A stretch of DNA of 64,000 nucleotides from the IMG/VR virus record IMGVR_UViG_3300010157_000059, positions 8,158-72,157 of that record; one strand, given 5' to 3'. Positions 20,101 through 29,406 of this stretch are shown piece by piece. The DNA is from a virus. The position numbers and the translations under genes were made by a program. How positions within the stretch are numbered: the stretch's first letter is position 1; every line of letters begins with the position of its first letter. Below the pieces are notes generated by a model. It was not told the DNA's origin and searched no databases. It worked only from the letters and a program-made list of their open reading frames with translations.

Positions 20101-20540
20101 TATCTAAAGGGTTTTTAAATGGCATAAAAGGGTACTCAAGTACTTCTTGGCTACGTGCTCGAAACAGTTCTGGGTCAGGGGTTATTGGAGCTAAAGCTGA
20201 ATTCCATGTCAATCCTGGAACTAAGTATCAGTTTGCCGCAAAAATGTATGCCCCAACTACGTACCTAACACCTAGTAGAACAGGAACACCTAAAATTCAA
20301 GTAACTTTCTATACTGATAGTACTAAAGCTACAGCTGTAGGATCAACAGTAGTTCTTACATCAGAAGTCTCTTCACGTAATCCAGAAGATAGATGGGCAG
20401 CATTATTTGGACAAACAGCTGCACCTACTCCAACAGCGTATTACGCAGTATTAGAAATTATCTACACCCCTAGTGCGTTTAGCGGAACTGCTAACGACAA
20501 TATTATTTACATAGACGACGTAATTGTAGTACCTGTGTAA
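17154..20540 (+). CDS. baseplate wedge/tail protein with repeated carbohydrate-binding-like modules
   Basis: LKGT motif of tail-I/gp7-like domains followed by several N-L-x-x-NP-x-FE-started beta-sandwich repeats. Confidence 0.75.
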   Translation: MSLYGSSIYGISTYGDSKSIPYNIGFTANTIDYRTVILSWKTTAVNDADIVYAWKIIKTAGGAPDYPNQGQLVTQFVDTTPYAGKSITYYSPYKDVDAVFLSSSIITYSFWGLIGVNSTVATWQLLGASDAVIVDAFTDDTTLRILKLLPGAWTSNASEALGEPDTDTQLYNFVGAFAFYYDKLRAQAGAINNLSDYRKYPKELLPSAVVSLGFTYEPKLGDSFHRSLYKNGHLINSLKGTYLGINNYIKSLTHFKSMISVGRNMMLDYLQSSFEGDVGTWKADSISTFVAGSRAQTSLSKPTLSLAGTYLTDGYGVLTRTSAATGNPTILSYGSLAVTDVTTKGLLVTPGTPYSFSGWALSQSNSSITVQAQIQWFDSTGNLLSTSSGTAVTLSTSSWTKFESSNTYSAVFAPTKAMYAGVKIVTSAMVITNSIYFDNFMFSPYPGLIGNREFGSGDAIYEDAKNININLEGYRTNLVSNPGFEDGVGFWNSINGTLLSDDSPITTIMAGSTNVGKFISTAADSSAVYTNWIRNLKPGTQYTFSVYVLAPYNNYRATVGIEFDMPQSIEDQTKVITSTTTGYEGKYVAADPSSWKTSSLPTSLTNNSWTRISVTATAPEFTKMNGFSSAMLSVEFNATAADQIWYLDCALFEESPTINTYFQGNGGAIPSSVVPPGGAIAPIITDDLIPVGDTAWETKARTNLIDNPSFEGNVTTGWTAKANTTTSFTVGTANPSAKFGTKRAEIAYTGTTMHNYGSPEVSTTFNYPSKASTGGVPPFPTGGELITASAYIAHDSIYTMTVTVTFTDNTASRTSSQVFKIPPASTTTSTVSKWYRVNVTGIVDKPLYAGPAGTLTINFNFPYESNGKIYIDGAQAEFGSYPTTFVNIQPDAAALSGTTQYATNSIMTGVGRSYYWPNIDLKYSRLINTISAYLPIGSTYKVNKGVSATPKDENISSIAPSYSFENNLYGWSALENNTIIRYVSKGFLNGIKGYSSTSWLRARNSSGSGVIGAKAEFHVNPGTKYQFAAKMYAPTTYLTPSRTGTPKIQVTFYTDSTKATAVGSTVVLTSEVSSRNPEDRWAALFGQTAAPTPTAYYAVLEIIYTPSAFSGTANDNIIYIDDVIVVPV

Positions 20541-20542
20541 GG

Positions 20543-20836
20543 GTGTATAGTGAGGGCATGACTGAATTAATTATTGTCTCTTTGTCCACAGCATTTGTAC
20601 TTACCGCTGTAGAAGAGTTACTTATTTCACTGGGCAAATGGCGTGGTCTTTTGGCCTTAGTAGTATCCCTATTTGCATCCTACTTTGTTATAGACCATAC
20701 TTGGGGTCTCATAGTTTTTACGTCTTTTGCTGCATCCTTTTTAGGAATGACTTGCACTATGCTCGTAAGGACTTTGCTTGAGGTAAATGATCCACGTACA
20801 CTACGAGGTGTGCCAAGGCGAGTACCGCCACTTTAA
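20543..20836 (+). CDS. small multi-pass membrane protein (holin candidate)
   Basis: About 3 hydrophobic segments and a basic C-terminal tail. Confidence 0.5.
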   Translation: MYSEGMTELIIVSLSTAFVLTAVEELLISLGKWRGLLALVVSLFASYFVIDHTWGLIVFTSFAASFLGMTCTMLVRTLLEVNDPRTLRGVPRRVPPL

Positions 20837-20853
20837 ATATCTAGGAGGGCTAG

Positions 20854-21741
20854 ATGATCGATCCTGCACCATTGCTGGATTCTAAACTATCGCTCCGTGC
20901 TAAAGGTATCTGGGCTCTATATATGTCAGCCGGCAAGGCACTCAGTGCTGCCGAAATATATCCCTTAGTACCTGAGGGCAGGGACGCGGTACGCAAAGCT
21001 GTGCGCGAATTGATCTCTGCCGGCTATGTTTCTGAGACCAGTTTTAGGACAGAAAATGGCCAATGGTCCTACCAGGTACGGGTTACCCAGGCCTGGATTA
21101 CCGGGGACGGATTTTCAGGCACCCTTTTATACGGTACAGCTAGTAAGCTAATAACTAATAGTACCTTAGTAGAACTTACTAACGTAAGTTCAACTAATGT
21201 ATCGGGCGAGCCCGAAGAGGAGTACATAGAAATGGCATGGCCAGGTTTTGATGAGCCAGAGACTAAGACCAAAGGCGAGGTTGGGGTTGTAGGCAAACTC
21301 ACAGACCCCGTAGACAAGAAAGAAATGCGTAAACTCAAGTACAAAAAGACTAGTTTTGAAGCAGTTCCTCCTAGCATGCTTAGGAACGAACGCCCAGAAG
21401 ATGAGTGGACCACTCAGGACCTAGTAGCTGAGTTTTATGATTTGACTAGGGAACATGCCAATAGCGCTCCTAGTCAGGTTAACGGTAAGAGCCTTGCATC
21501 TTGGATTAACCAACAGGTAGGCAAAGGAGTGCCCCGTCCCGGGATTCTAAGGGCTATTAGAGCCTTTTTTAATGACCCTAGGCTAATACGTGACCCAGGG
21601 GTTGGTAAGCCTTTCTGGAGGCGGTTTGTGGCTTATTACCCCACCGTCCACGGTTTGTTTGCAAATCCAAAAGAAGTTGAGTACGCTGATGATGATTTCT
21701 TGGCCCATCAGGCTAAGATGCTAAAACTCTTGGAGGGTTAA
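20854..21741 (+). CDS. helix-turn-helix replication initiator-like protein
   Basis: LSLRAKGI...EGRDAVRKAVRELISAGYV wHTH; directly upstream of a DnaC-like ATPase. Confidence 0.7.
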   Translation: MIDPAPLLDSKLSLRAKGIWALYMSAGKALSAAEIYPLVPEGRDAVRKAVRELISAGYVSETSFRTENGQWSYQVRVTQAWITGDGFSGTLLYGTASKLITNSTLVELTNVSSTNVSGEPEEEYIEMAWPGFDEPETKTKGEVGVVGKLTDPVDKKEMRKLKYKKTSFEAVPPSMLRNERPEDEWTTQDLVAEFYDLTREHANSAPSQVNGKSLASWINQQVGKGVPRPGILRAIRAFFNDPRLIRDPGVGKPFWRRFVAYYPTVHGLFANPKEVEYADDDFLAHQAKMLKLLEG

Positions 21742-22424
21742 TGTTTGATTTATCTAAACTTCGACCATCTGTACGTGCCCAAATAAACCATTCGGGTATC
21801 CCAGATCGTTTTATTGGTAAAGAGCTTGCTGACCTAGCCCCATATAGCCCCGTAGTAACCGCCACAATTAATCAATGGATTGAGTTTGTAGTAGACGGCA
21901 AGATTATTCGTGCACGTGGTACAGAATTATGTGGAAAAGGATTACTCTTAGTCGGCAAACCAGGACACGGTAAGACAACTCTTGCTAACCTTGTACTACA
22001 AGAAGTGTTACGTCGTGCAGATCCTTCAATTTGGGGTCAGTCTGACTCAATGGTTAAAAATCCCGTTATGTTCGTGGATTATCCCAAGTTACTTCGCATT
22101 CAGCAAAGGTCTTGGAAAGATGAGTCAGGAGATGATGCATACCTTATGGATCGAATTTTTGGCGATAATAAATCCGCAGATAACGTAAGTATTCTTGTAT
22201 TAGACGATTTAGGTAAAGAACACCGAACAGCATCCGGTTGGGCAGAGACTACCTTTGACGCAGTATTGCGTTCTAGGTACAATGCCGGTTTACCAACTAT
22301 AGTTACAACAAACGTTCCACTAAAAAGTTGGGGAGAAGTTTATGGGTCGGCAATGGAAAGCTTTGCCCATGAAGCGTTCTTTCCACTTGAAATAGTGTCA
22401 GAAGAGGGAGATCGACGAAAATGA
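21741..22424 (+). CDS. DnaC/IstB-like helicase loader ATPase
   Basis: Walker A GKPGHGKT, Walker B LVLDDLG, PTIVTTN. Confidence 0.85.
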   Translation: MFDLSKLRPSVRAQINHSGIPDRFIGKELADLAPYSPVVTATINQWIEFVVDGKIIRARGTELCGKGLLLVGKPGHGKTTLANLVLQEVLRRADPSIWGQSDSMVKNPVMFVDYPKLLRIQQRSWKDESGDDAYLMDRIFGDNKSADNVSILVLDDLGKEHRTASGWAETTFDAVLRSRYNAGLPTIVTTNVPLKSWGEVYGSAMESFAHEAFFPLEIVSEEGDRRK

Positions 22425-22726
22425 AGGATAAGACAATGGTAAAGGCAGAATGGCGTACAGTTCAATTCTTTCTTTCCGCCCGTGGAATTTTCGAAGTAAA
22501 AATAGATCTCGCAAGTGACGATGTAGAGTGCACCTGTCCAGGGTTTGAAGCCCGTGGAACTTGCAAGCATACTCGTTTTGTGGTGAAAAAGGCCCAAGAA
22601 AATAATGGAACTTACCCACTAAAAATATCAACCCGCGCACCTATGAGCGAAAGCAAAGCAATAAATAGTTCTACAGAGCTGTTTAGAGAGTTTGTAGTTA
22701 AATACGGGAAAATAGAAGTCTTGTAA
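22421..22726 (+). CDS. SWIM zinc-finger protein
   Basis: CTC-x8-CKH motif. Confidence 0.75.
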   Translation: MKDKTMVKAEWRTVQFFLSARGIFEVKIDLASDDVECTCPGFEARGTCKHTRFVVKKAQENNGTYPLKISTRAPMSESKAINSSTELFREFVVKYGKIEVL

Positions 22727-22729
22727 CAC

Positions 22730-23137
22730 ATGCTTGGAGGGGATCTTAGCAATGAAACACCTAAGCGTGTAGCAGTTACGACTGATTGTATTATTAAGCG
22801 TGTCCCGGTCATTTCTAAAATCTTAGGCGTAATACCTTACGCTCATGAAGATATTGAATATGACCGGGCTATGCTTTCTCGTCTTTGGAATTATTCTACA
22901 AAGAGCGGGTATATTTTAGAACTTGTAGGGTTTGGCGTTAAGCCAGATGATATGCAAGACTTCATGGATGACCTTGACAATTTAGGTACTAATCCATTTA
23001 ACTATGCAAAGGCTTACCGCGTTGTATCAGACTTGGTAGCCGAAATGCCTTACCGCAACGAGTTAGTTTGCGTGATTGATATACCATCACGTAGTCTTCG
23101 TTACGGTAGTTGGTACTACGATCTTGGGAGGGTGTAA
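22730..23137 (+). CDS. hypothetical protein
   Basis: 135-aa ORF coupled to the helicase gene. Confidence 0.6.
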   Translation: MLGGDLSNETPKRVAVTTDCIIKRVPVISKILGVIPYAHEDIEYDRAMLSRLWNYSTKSGYILELVGFGVKPDDMQDFMDDLDNLGTNPFNYAKAYRVVSDLVAEMPYRNELVCVIDIPSRSLRYGSWYYDLGRV

Positions 23138-24351
23138 TGGCTGCAGATAATGAGTTACGACTTATCAGCCGTGCTATACGCACACGGGACATAGCTGCTG
23201 TCCTTGAATACGGTCTTAAAGAAGACTGGTTTTATGTAGATGAAAATCGCTCAGTATGGAAGTTCATTGTTAGCCATTGGAGCAAGTACTCTGAGGTTCC
23301 TACAGCAGTAACGGTAAAGGATAACTTTCCTACCTACCGGTTGTTAGCTGTTGATGATTCTATTGAGTATCTGTTAGATCAACTAGTTGAGTATCGACGT
23401 CGTCAAAAGGCGATTCAGATTATTCAAGATGCTGCAGAGTCAATTGCAGAGGGCGATCACGATTTGGCCATTGCAACTATGAGTTCTGGGGTTGCAACAA
23501 TCTCTGACGAGGGCGTAGGCGCTAGCCGTGATGTAAACCTAACTAATTCCCCGTTAGAGCGTTATGACGAGTATCTTGCAGTCAAGACACGCCCTAATGG
23601 TTTGATTGGTATGGCTACTGGATTTTCTTTGATTGACCAAGCCACCGCAGGTTTACAACCAGGTCAGTTAATTGTGATCATTGCTCCACCAAAGACTGGT
23701 AAGTCTGTAGTGGCATTGCAAACAGCAGTTAACTTGCATAACGACGGGTTTGTCCCAATGTTTCAATCTTTTGAGATGAGCAGTCACGAGCAACAGACTC
23801 GTCACGACGCAATGCGCTCTAACATCTCCCATGCACGTTTGACACGTGGAGCACTTAAGGTAGACGAAGAGGCTCGTTACCAAAAGATGCTTAAGAAGAT
23901 GGAGACTATGCATAACTTTTATCTGACAGACGGCCCATCAGCAGACACTATCTCTGGACTTTCAGCAAAGATTGAGAAGCTACAGCCCGACATTATTTTT
24001 GTTGACGGCGTTTATCTTATGACCGACGAAATTAGTGGCGAGGCAAACACTTCCAAGGCTCTTACTAACTTAACTCGCTCATTGAAGAAACTTGCACAGA
24101 AAACAAAAAAACCAATTGTAGTTACTACACAGGTTCTTGAATGGAAGATGAAAAAGAGCCGCGTGTCTGCGTCATCTATTGGGTATTCATCATCGTTCTA
24201 TCAAGATGCTGACGTTATTTTGGCATTGGAACGGCAAGACGAGGAAGATGACTCTTCACGTTTGTTCCGTATCGAGGCCAGCCGTAACTGTGGCAAGGTT
24301 GAGATGGAACTGCTTTGGGATTGGGAAAACGGAAAGTTTCAGGAGTATTAA
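23137..24351 (+). CDS. dnaB: DnaB-like replicative helicase
   Basis: APPKTGKS Walker A, SFEMS, IFVDGVYLM, QDADVIL; start reassigned to ATG 23137 (GGAGG RBS). Confidence 0.9.
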   Translation: MAADNELRLISRAIRTRDIAAVLEYGLKEDWFYVDENRSVWKFIVSHWSKYSEVPTAVTVKDNFPTYRLLAVDDSIEYLLDQLVEYRRRQKAIQIIQDAAESIAEGDHDLAIATMSSGVATISDEGVGASRDVNLTNSPLERYDEYLAVKTRPNGLIGMATGFSLIDQATAGLQPGQLIVIIAPPKTGKSVVALQTAVNLHNDGFVPMFQSFEMSSHEQQTRHDAMRSNISHARLTRGALKVDEEARYQKMLKKMETMHNFYLTDGPSADTISGLSAKIEKLQPDIIFVDGVYLMTDEISGEANTSKALTNLTRSLKKLAQKTKKPIVVTTQVLEWKMKKSRVSASSIGYSSSFYQDADVILALERQDEEDDSSRLFRIEASRNCGKVEMELLWDWENGKFQEY

Positions 24352-24352
24352 A

Positions 24353-24613
24353 ATGGCCAAAATGCCTATTTTTGATGGAACACAAGCTTGTGTTGATTTA
24401 GATATCAATATCTTCTTTCCTGAGCCAGAAAATACTGCAGGAGTCCAAGCTGCTAAAAATATTTGCAATTCATGCAACCACTTAGAAAAGTGCTTTACTT
24501 ACGCTGTGTGGGAACCAAGTTTAGAAGGAATTTGGGGGGCAACTACCCCTCGTCAACGTGAGTCTTTTAGGGGACGTGCTAGGAAGGCTAAACGTAATGC
24601 CATTAACCAGTAA
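24353..24613 (+). CDS. whiB: WhiB-family Fe-S transcription factor
   Basis: C...FFP...AKNICNSC...C...GIWGATTPRQR; start at ATG 24353 after AGGAG. Confidence 0.9.
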   Translation: MAKMPIFDGTQACVDLDINIFFPEPENTAGVQAAKNICNSCNHLEKCFTYAVWEPSLEGIWGATTPRQRESFRGRARKAKRNAINQ

Positions 24614-25577
24614 CGAAGTCAAGTCTTTATTATTCAAGCTTGGTGTTGAGGCTTGGGCGGAACGTGGTGATGAGATCACCGCTTTATGCCCAGGGCACGA
24701 GCTACGTACAGGGGTTGTAGATAACAACCCGTCATGGTCTATTAATACTGAGAGTGGCGTACATCACTGTTTCTCTTGTGGGTACAAGGGCAATGTTCTA
24801 ACTCTTATTGCAGAACAAAAAGAATTTAAAACTGAGTGGGGGCGTTTAGATGTTGATGCTGCCAAGAATTGGCTTCGTGAAAACTCTCAGATTGATCTTG
24901 ATTTAATTGTTAAAGAAATGGAAGAAGTCAAGTATTCTTACATAGCTATACCAAAGCCAGTAGAGATGAGCGAGGCACGCCTTGCTGTTTATACTTCACA
25001 AATCCCTGTGTGGGCGTTAAATGCTAGGGGCTTGACAGCGGGCGCTTGTAGGATGTTCACCGTCAGGTGGGATACTCAGAACGAAGCCTGGATCCTTCCT
25101 ATTCGTGATTATGAAACTGGCAAACTAATTGGTTGGCAAGAAAAAGGTCAGGTCATTCGTCATTTTAAGAATAGGCCTACAGGGGTTTTAAAAAGTAGCA
25201 CGGTGTTTAATTCAGGTAGTTACCCTCAACCTGAGTCTTTTATAGTTGTAGAGAGTCCTCTAGATGCTGTACGTTTGCAGTCTTTAGGCATTCCTAATGC
25301 GGTAGCTACTTTTGGTGCCTCGGTTAGTCCTGCCCAATTGAACATCATTCGTTCTAACGCTGAAAGTATTGTTTTTGCTTTTGACAACGATACAGCCGGT
25401 CAAGCCGCTTCTTTACGTATGTTAGACTTGAGCCGCAAGACAGGATTTGAATGTAAGTTCTTTAACTACGGGGACTCCGAAGCTAAAGACGTAGGCGATA
25501 TGTCAGAAGATGCTATACGCTATGGCATAGAGACGGCCAAGCACTGTGTACTTGGCAAAGCAGCAATCTTAGGATAA
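24597..25577 (+). CDS. DNA primase (Zn-binding + TOPRIM)
   Basis: CPGH...PSWSIN...HCFSC; VVESPLD; FDNDTAG. Confidence 0.9.
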   Translation: MPLTSNEVKSLLFKLGVEAWAERGDEITALCPGHELRTGVVDNNPSWSINTESGVHHCFSCGYKGNVLTLIAEQKEFKTEWGRLDVDAAKNWLRENSQIDLDLIVKEMEEVKYSYIAIPKPVEMSEARLAVYTSQIPVWALNARGLTAGACRMFTVRWDTQNEAWILPIRDYETGKLIGWQEKGQVIRHFKNRPTGVLKSSTVFNSGSYPQPESFIVVESPLDAVRLQSLGIPNAVATFGASVSPAQLNIIRSNAESIVFAFDNDTAGQAASLRMLDLSRKTGFECKFFNYGDSEAKDVGDMSEDAIRYGIETAKHCVLGKAAILG

Positions 25578-25580
25578 CAA

Positions 25581-27134
25581 ATGAGTTTCACTGGCACCTT
25601 ACTTCCATATCAGGAAGAGGCTGTAGATCTAATGTGTGAACGGGGCAAAGTTCTTGTTGCGTACGATCTTGGTTTAGGTAAAACTGTTCTAACAATTGCT
25701 GCTATAGAACGCTTACGAGATGAAGGAAAAATTAATGGTCCAGGCCTTGTCATTTGTCTATCCAGCCTTAAATATCAATGGGCTAATGCTATTGATAATT
25801 TTACTGGACTCACGTCTTTCCCAGTAGTTATTGACGGTACGCCTAAGCAGCGTAAAGAACAGTACGAGCAGTTTAAACATTCTCAGGTTGACTACATCAT
25901 CATGAATTATGAGCAAGTAGTTTCTGATTGGGAAATAGTAAAGAAGCTGCCAAGGGCTTTTGTTGTAGCTGATGAGGCTACTGCGTTAAAGAGTTTTAAA
26001 TCAAAGCGTTCAAAAGCAGTAAAAAAATTGACGTGTCCGTACATGTTTGCTTTAACTGGAACCCCAGTAGAAAATGGCAAAGCAGAAGAAATTTTTTCAA
26101 TTATGGAGTTTGTAGATCGCCATGTATTAGGTTCATACCCTAATTTTGAAGCTAAATACATTAACCGTAATAATATGGGTTGGATTGATGGGTACAAGAA
26201 CCTCACGCAACTTCATGATGCTTTAAAGTCTACTTCAGTTCGTAAACGACAATCAGATTTTGATGTGTCTCCCTATTTGCCAGAAACAATTATGGCTGCC
26301 CCACTATTAGTTCCTTTTGACCCCTCTGGTCGCAAACTGTACAAAGCTATCTGTGAAATGCTTTTAGAAGATCTAGATGACGCTGCCGCATTTATAAATT
26401 CTGGTACAAGTATTTATACAAAAGACGGCGGGTTAATTGATGAGTTTCGTGGTCGCATTATGCCTAAGTTAATTGCTTTGCGTCAGGTGTGTGCCCACCC
26501 TCAGCTGTTAAAGAGTAGCGGGTTAAAGTTTGATGGCTTTGCTGGTAATGGCTCTTTATTTGCAGCAGAACTCTTAGAGTCTGGAGTTCTTGATAAAGAG
26601 TTTAAATCTCCAAAGTTAGATACCTTAAAAGAATCTATCTCTTTATTTCTAGCAGAAGACGTAAAAAACAAAGCAGTTATATTCACTACTTTTGTTAGTA
26701 TGACAGACATACTTGGTAAGGAATTGAAAGAACATGGGGCTAATGTATACACCGGCAAACTAAGCGCAAGGGAGAAAGAGCAGGCTAAAGTTGATTTTCA
26801 AACTAATCCAAACACTCGCTTGCTAATTAGTTCTGACGCTGGCGGTTATGGAGTAGATCTTCCTCAAGCTAATCTTTTGGTTAATTATGATCTTCCTTGG
26901 AACGCAGGACTTGCTCTTCAAAGGAACGGGCGCATACAACGAGCATCTAGCACCTGGGAACACGTTGTAATCCAAGATTTGCTTATGCTAGGTTCTATAG
27001 AACAGCGACAATACGACATGCTGCAGCAAAAAATGTCAGTGGCTAACGCTATTGTTGATGGAGAAGGTATTGGAAAAAATGGTGAGTTAAATCTAACACT
27101 TGGTACACTTAGGCAATTCTTGCAAAACAATTAA
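25581..27134 (+). CDS. SNF2-family helicase
   Basis: DLGLGKT, ADEAT, LTGTPVEN, YDLPWN...QRNGRI. Confidence 0.9.
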   Translation: MSFTGTLLPYQEEAVDLMCERGKVLVAYDLGLGKTVLTIAAIERLRDEGKINGPGLVICLSSLKYQWANAIDNFTGLTSFPVVIDGTPKQRKEQYEQFKHSQVDYIIMNYEQVVSDWEIVKKLPRAFVVADEATALKSFKSKRSKAVKKLTCPYMFALTGTPVENGKAEEIFSIMEFVDRHVLGSYPNFEAKYINRNNMGWIDGYKNLTQLHDALKSTSVRKRQSDFDVSPYLPETIMAAPLLVPFDPSGRKLYKAICEMLLEDLDDAAAFINSGTSIYTKDGGLIDEFRGRIMPKLIALRQVCAHPQLLKSSGLKFDGFAGNGSLFAAELLESGVLDKEFKSPKLDTLKESISLFLAEDVKNKAVIFTTFVSMTDILGKELKEHGANVYTGKLSAREKEQAKVDFQTNPNTRLLISSDAGGYGVDLPQANLLVNYDLPWNAGLALQRNGRIQRASSTWEHVVIQDLLMLGSIEQRQYDMLQQKMSVANAIVDGEGIGKNGELNLTLGTLRQFLQNN

Positions 27135-27178
27135 ATATAGAATAGTGTATATGCGGGGGCTAGGACCTAGGAGTTACA

Positions 27179-27316
27179 TTGTCCAACCTAACCCCAACAA
27201 GAGCCGTAAGAGTTTCTGATGAACTTTGGAATGCTGCAAAAGAAAAAGCAGTTGAAGAAGGAATTACGGTAACTGACGTACTTATTACAGCGCTTGAAGA
27301 ATTCATCGAAAGTTAA
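27179..27316 (+). CDS. ribbon-helix-helix DNA-binding protein (45 aa)
   Basis: Read by hand: MSNLTPTRAVRVSDELWNAAKEKAVEEGITVTDVLITALEEFIES; AGGAG RBS, TTG start. Confidence 0.75.
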   Translation: MSNLTPTRAVRVSDELWNAAKEKAVEEGITVTDVLITALEEFIES

Positions 27317-27333
27317 TTACCTAGGAGGGTAAC

Positions 27334-27780
27334 ATGGAAGTAATTAGTAAAAAGAATCTACCTACTGCAGACGATTTTGGTACAAACGACATTGAGTCGA
27401 TGTACAAAGAGTACGTACTCCTCAAAAAGAACATTGACGACCTTACTGCACGTCAGAACGTGATCAAGAAAGAATTAATGTCTTTTGTTGATGGTTACGG
27501 TTTAGAAGACGACAAGGGCCATAAGTGGTATGACATGCCTGAGTACGGCGGGTATAATGGTATGCAAAAGCAGCGCCGCGTATCTCAGTCAGTTGATGAA
27601 AATGCCGCCCAGTCTATTCTTGAAGACAAGGGCCTAGCAGAGCGTTGCTTTGAGGTCAAGCCTGTCCTTAACGAGCAGTCTGTAATGGACTGCGTATACG
27701 AAGGCTTGCTAACCGAAGATGACGTGGATACTATGTTCCCTCAGAAAGTAACTAACGCGTTTGTTTTAAAGAAGGCTTAG
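27334..27780 (+). CDS. hypothetical protein (coiled-coil N-terminus)
   Basis: 148-aa ORF with GGAGG RBS. Confidence 0.65.
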   Translation: MEVISKKNLPTADDFGTNDIESMYKEYVLLKKNIDDLTARQNVIKKELMSFVDGYGLEDDKGHKWYDMPEYGGYNGMQKQRRVSQSVDENAAQSILEDKGLAERCFEVKPVLNEQSVMDCVYEGLLTEDDVDTMFPQKVTNAFVLKKA

Positions 27781-27781
27781 C

Positions 27782-27895
27782 ATGTTTTGGAAAATTGTAT
27801 TTTGGTTTTGGCTGTCATTTAACTCACTTGTTGTAGTGCTAGGATTTCTAAGCGACAAGCACAAGGACTCTCGTAAAGAAAATTTACATGACTAG
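27782..27895 (+). CDS. small membrane protein (37 aa)
   Basis: Read by hand: MFWKIVFWFWLSFNSLVVVLGFLSDKHKDSRKENLHD. Confidence 0.5.
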   Translation: MFWKIVFWFWLSFNSLVVVLGFLSDKHKDSRKENLHD

Positions 27896-27986
27896 CCGTA
27901 TGATTCATATTTGTTCGTACTGTGAAGCAGCGTTTCAAGAACTACTAGATTTATTTGCACACATAGAGGAACATAAAGATGTTTGA
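27888..27986 (+). CDS. single C2H2 zinc-finger microprotein (32 aa)
   Basis: MTSRMIHICSYCEAAFQELLDLFAHIEEHKDV = C-x2-C-x3-F-x5-L-x2-H-x3-H. Confidence 0.6.
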   Translation: MTSRMIHICSYCEAAFQELLDLFAHIEEHKDV

Positions 27987-28149
27987 GCCAGAACTACCTG
28001 ATATCACCGAAGAACGCCTTTTGCATTTAGTTGCAGAAGGTTTAAAAGCTTGGGATCCTATGCTATTCTCTCGTGCAGAAGATAGCCATGGTGCAGCATT
28101 CATTGCGCTTGACATTTTTAAAAAAGCTATGCAAGGATTGATTAGCTAA
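27979..28149 (+). CDS. small hypothetical protein (56 aa)
   Basis: Read by hand; GAGGA RBS; stop overlaps the next ATG. Confidence 0.55.
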   Translation: MFEPELPDITEERLLHLVAEGLKAWDPMLFSRAEDSHGAAFIALDIFKKAMQGLIS

Positions 28150-28625
28150 TGTCTGAGGATAAAATCGACGAGATGTTTGGGCCTCTTAGCGAATTTTATC
28201 CAGGGTCTAAGAAAAAGCGACGTGCTGTAAATCCTGAGGTAGAAGCAAAGAAGAACCAAGTTGCTGAGCAGGACGCATGGGATAAACGCCCAATTGTAAA
28301 GAAATTTGCAAATGGTAAAGAAGTTGAGCTATTCTCAGCAGGTATGTTTGCAAATGCTTTAGGAAGGCCGCTAGTAACTGTAAGGCTATGGGAACGTAAA
28401 GGGTATATCCCTCGCGCCCCATATAGGCTAAGGTCTATAGTAGTAAAAGGTATAAAAAAGCCCGGATGGCGCATGTACAGCCGAGATATGATAGAGTCAA
28501 CAGTAGAAAGTTTTCGATCCAGGGATCTTCTTGAAGCCCCTAGGATTGAATGGGAAAGGGAAAGGGAATTGACAGTAGAACTGTTCAATACTTGGACTCA
28601 AATCCACAATCAAGAAACCAATTAA
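28149..28625 (+). CDS. MerR-like HTH DNA-binding protein
   Basis: FANALGRPLVTVRLWERKGYIP...WRMYS. Confidence 0.75.
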   Translation: MSEDKIDEMFGPLSEFYPGSKKKRRAVNPEVEAKKNQVAEQDAWDKRPIVKKFANGKEVELFSAGMFANALGRPLVTVRLWERKGYIPRAPYRLRSIVVKGIKKPGWRMYSRDMIESTVESFRSRDLLEAPRIEWERERELTVELFNTWTQIHNQETN

Positions 28626-28659
28626 CCAAAAGCCACAAGGCCATAAAAAAGGAAATAAA

Positions 28660-29343
28660 ATGCCAGTAAACCCAAATGTTTCGTCTTACCTTGATGAAGA
28701 CGAACTAGAAACCACTTCTCGTGAAGACGCAGTCTTCGAAACAGAAGATGAAGATGAGTCAGCAGATCGCTCATCTGTAATTCAAGTAGGCTGGGCTGCA
28801 GCCAAGAAAGTACAAGCTAAAGTAGCCAAGTCATACGCTAACGACTTCAAGTTTGAAGAAGACGTTCAGTTGATCAAGTTCCTCTCTCCAGAACCAATGA
28901 TCTTCTCTCAACACTGGGTACAGCGCACAGGCAAGAAGTCTTTTGTCTGTCTCGGTACATCACAGTGCCCACTATGCCGTGCAGGCAACAAGGCCGAAAA
29001 CAAGTTTGCATTTAGCGTTGTTAACTTGACAGACGAAGACCCATCAGTACAGCTAATGACTGTTGGTATGCGTTTGTGCGGTCAGTTGGAAAAGCTGAAC
29101 GGCGACCCTAAGACCGGTCCTCTAGATCGTATGTTCTGGGCAGTGAGCAAGTCAGGTCAAAGCACCAAGACTAGCTACTCCATCATGCCTGTTAAGGAAC
29201 GCGATCTTCCAGAAGATTGGGATCTTGATGCTGATGAGGTTCGTAAAATCATTAGTTCCTTTAGTCCTCTAGGAACAGACGCGCTACGCATGTCAACCAA
29301 GGCTGAACTGGTTGATATTGCTCGCGAAATCCCAGAAGACTAA
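28660..29343 (+). CDS. single-stranded DNA-binding protein (gp32-like)
   Basis: QHWV...C-x5-CPLC Zn site, KTSYSI, acidic termini; adjacent to the polymerase gene. Confidence 0.7.
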   Translation: MPVNPNVSSYLDEDELETTSREDAVFETEDEDESADRSSVIQVGWAAAKKVQAKVAKSYANDFKFEEDVQLIKFLSPEPMIFSQHWVQRTGKKSFVCLGTSQCPLCRAGNKAENKFAFSVVNLTDEDPSVQLMTVGMRLCGQLEKLNGDPKTGPLDRMFWAVSKSGQSTKTSYSIMPVKERDLPEDWDLDADEVRKIISSFSPLGTDALRMSTKAELVDIAREIPED

Positions 29344-29350
29344 TCCCCTA

Positions 29351-29406
29351 GGGGTAGGAAGCTAGGTCTCACCCTCCTTGATTTAGCTTCCTACCCCCTT
29401 TTCTTT
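29351..29406 (+). terminator. intrinsic terminator-like hairpin
   Basis: GGGGTAGGAAGCTAGGTC / GATTTAGCTTCCTACCCC followed by a T-run. Confidence 0.75.

Noticed and set aside
3308-20540. Bacterial extracellular contractile injection system or tailocin
   Set aside because: Contiguous with a full phage replication module, tRNA and early genes; no host housekeeping context
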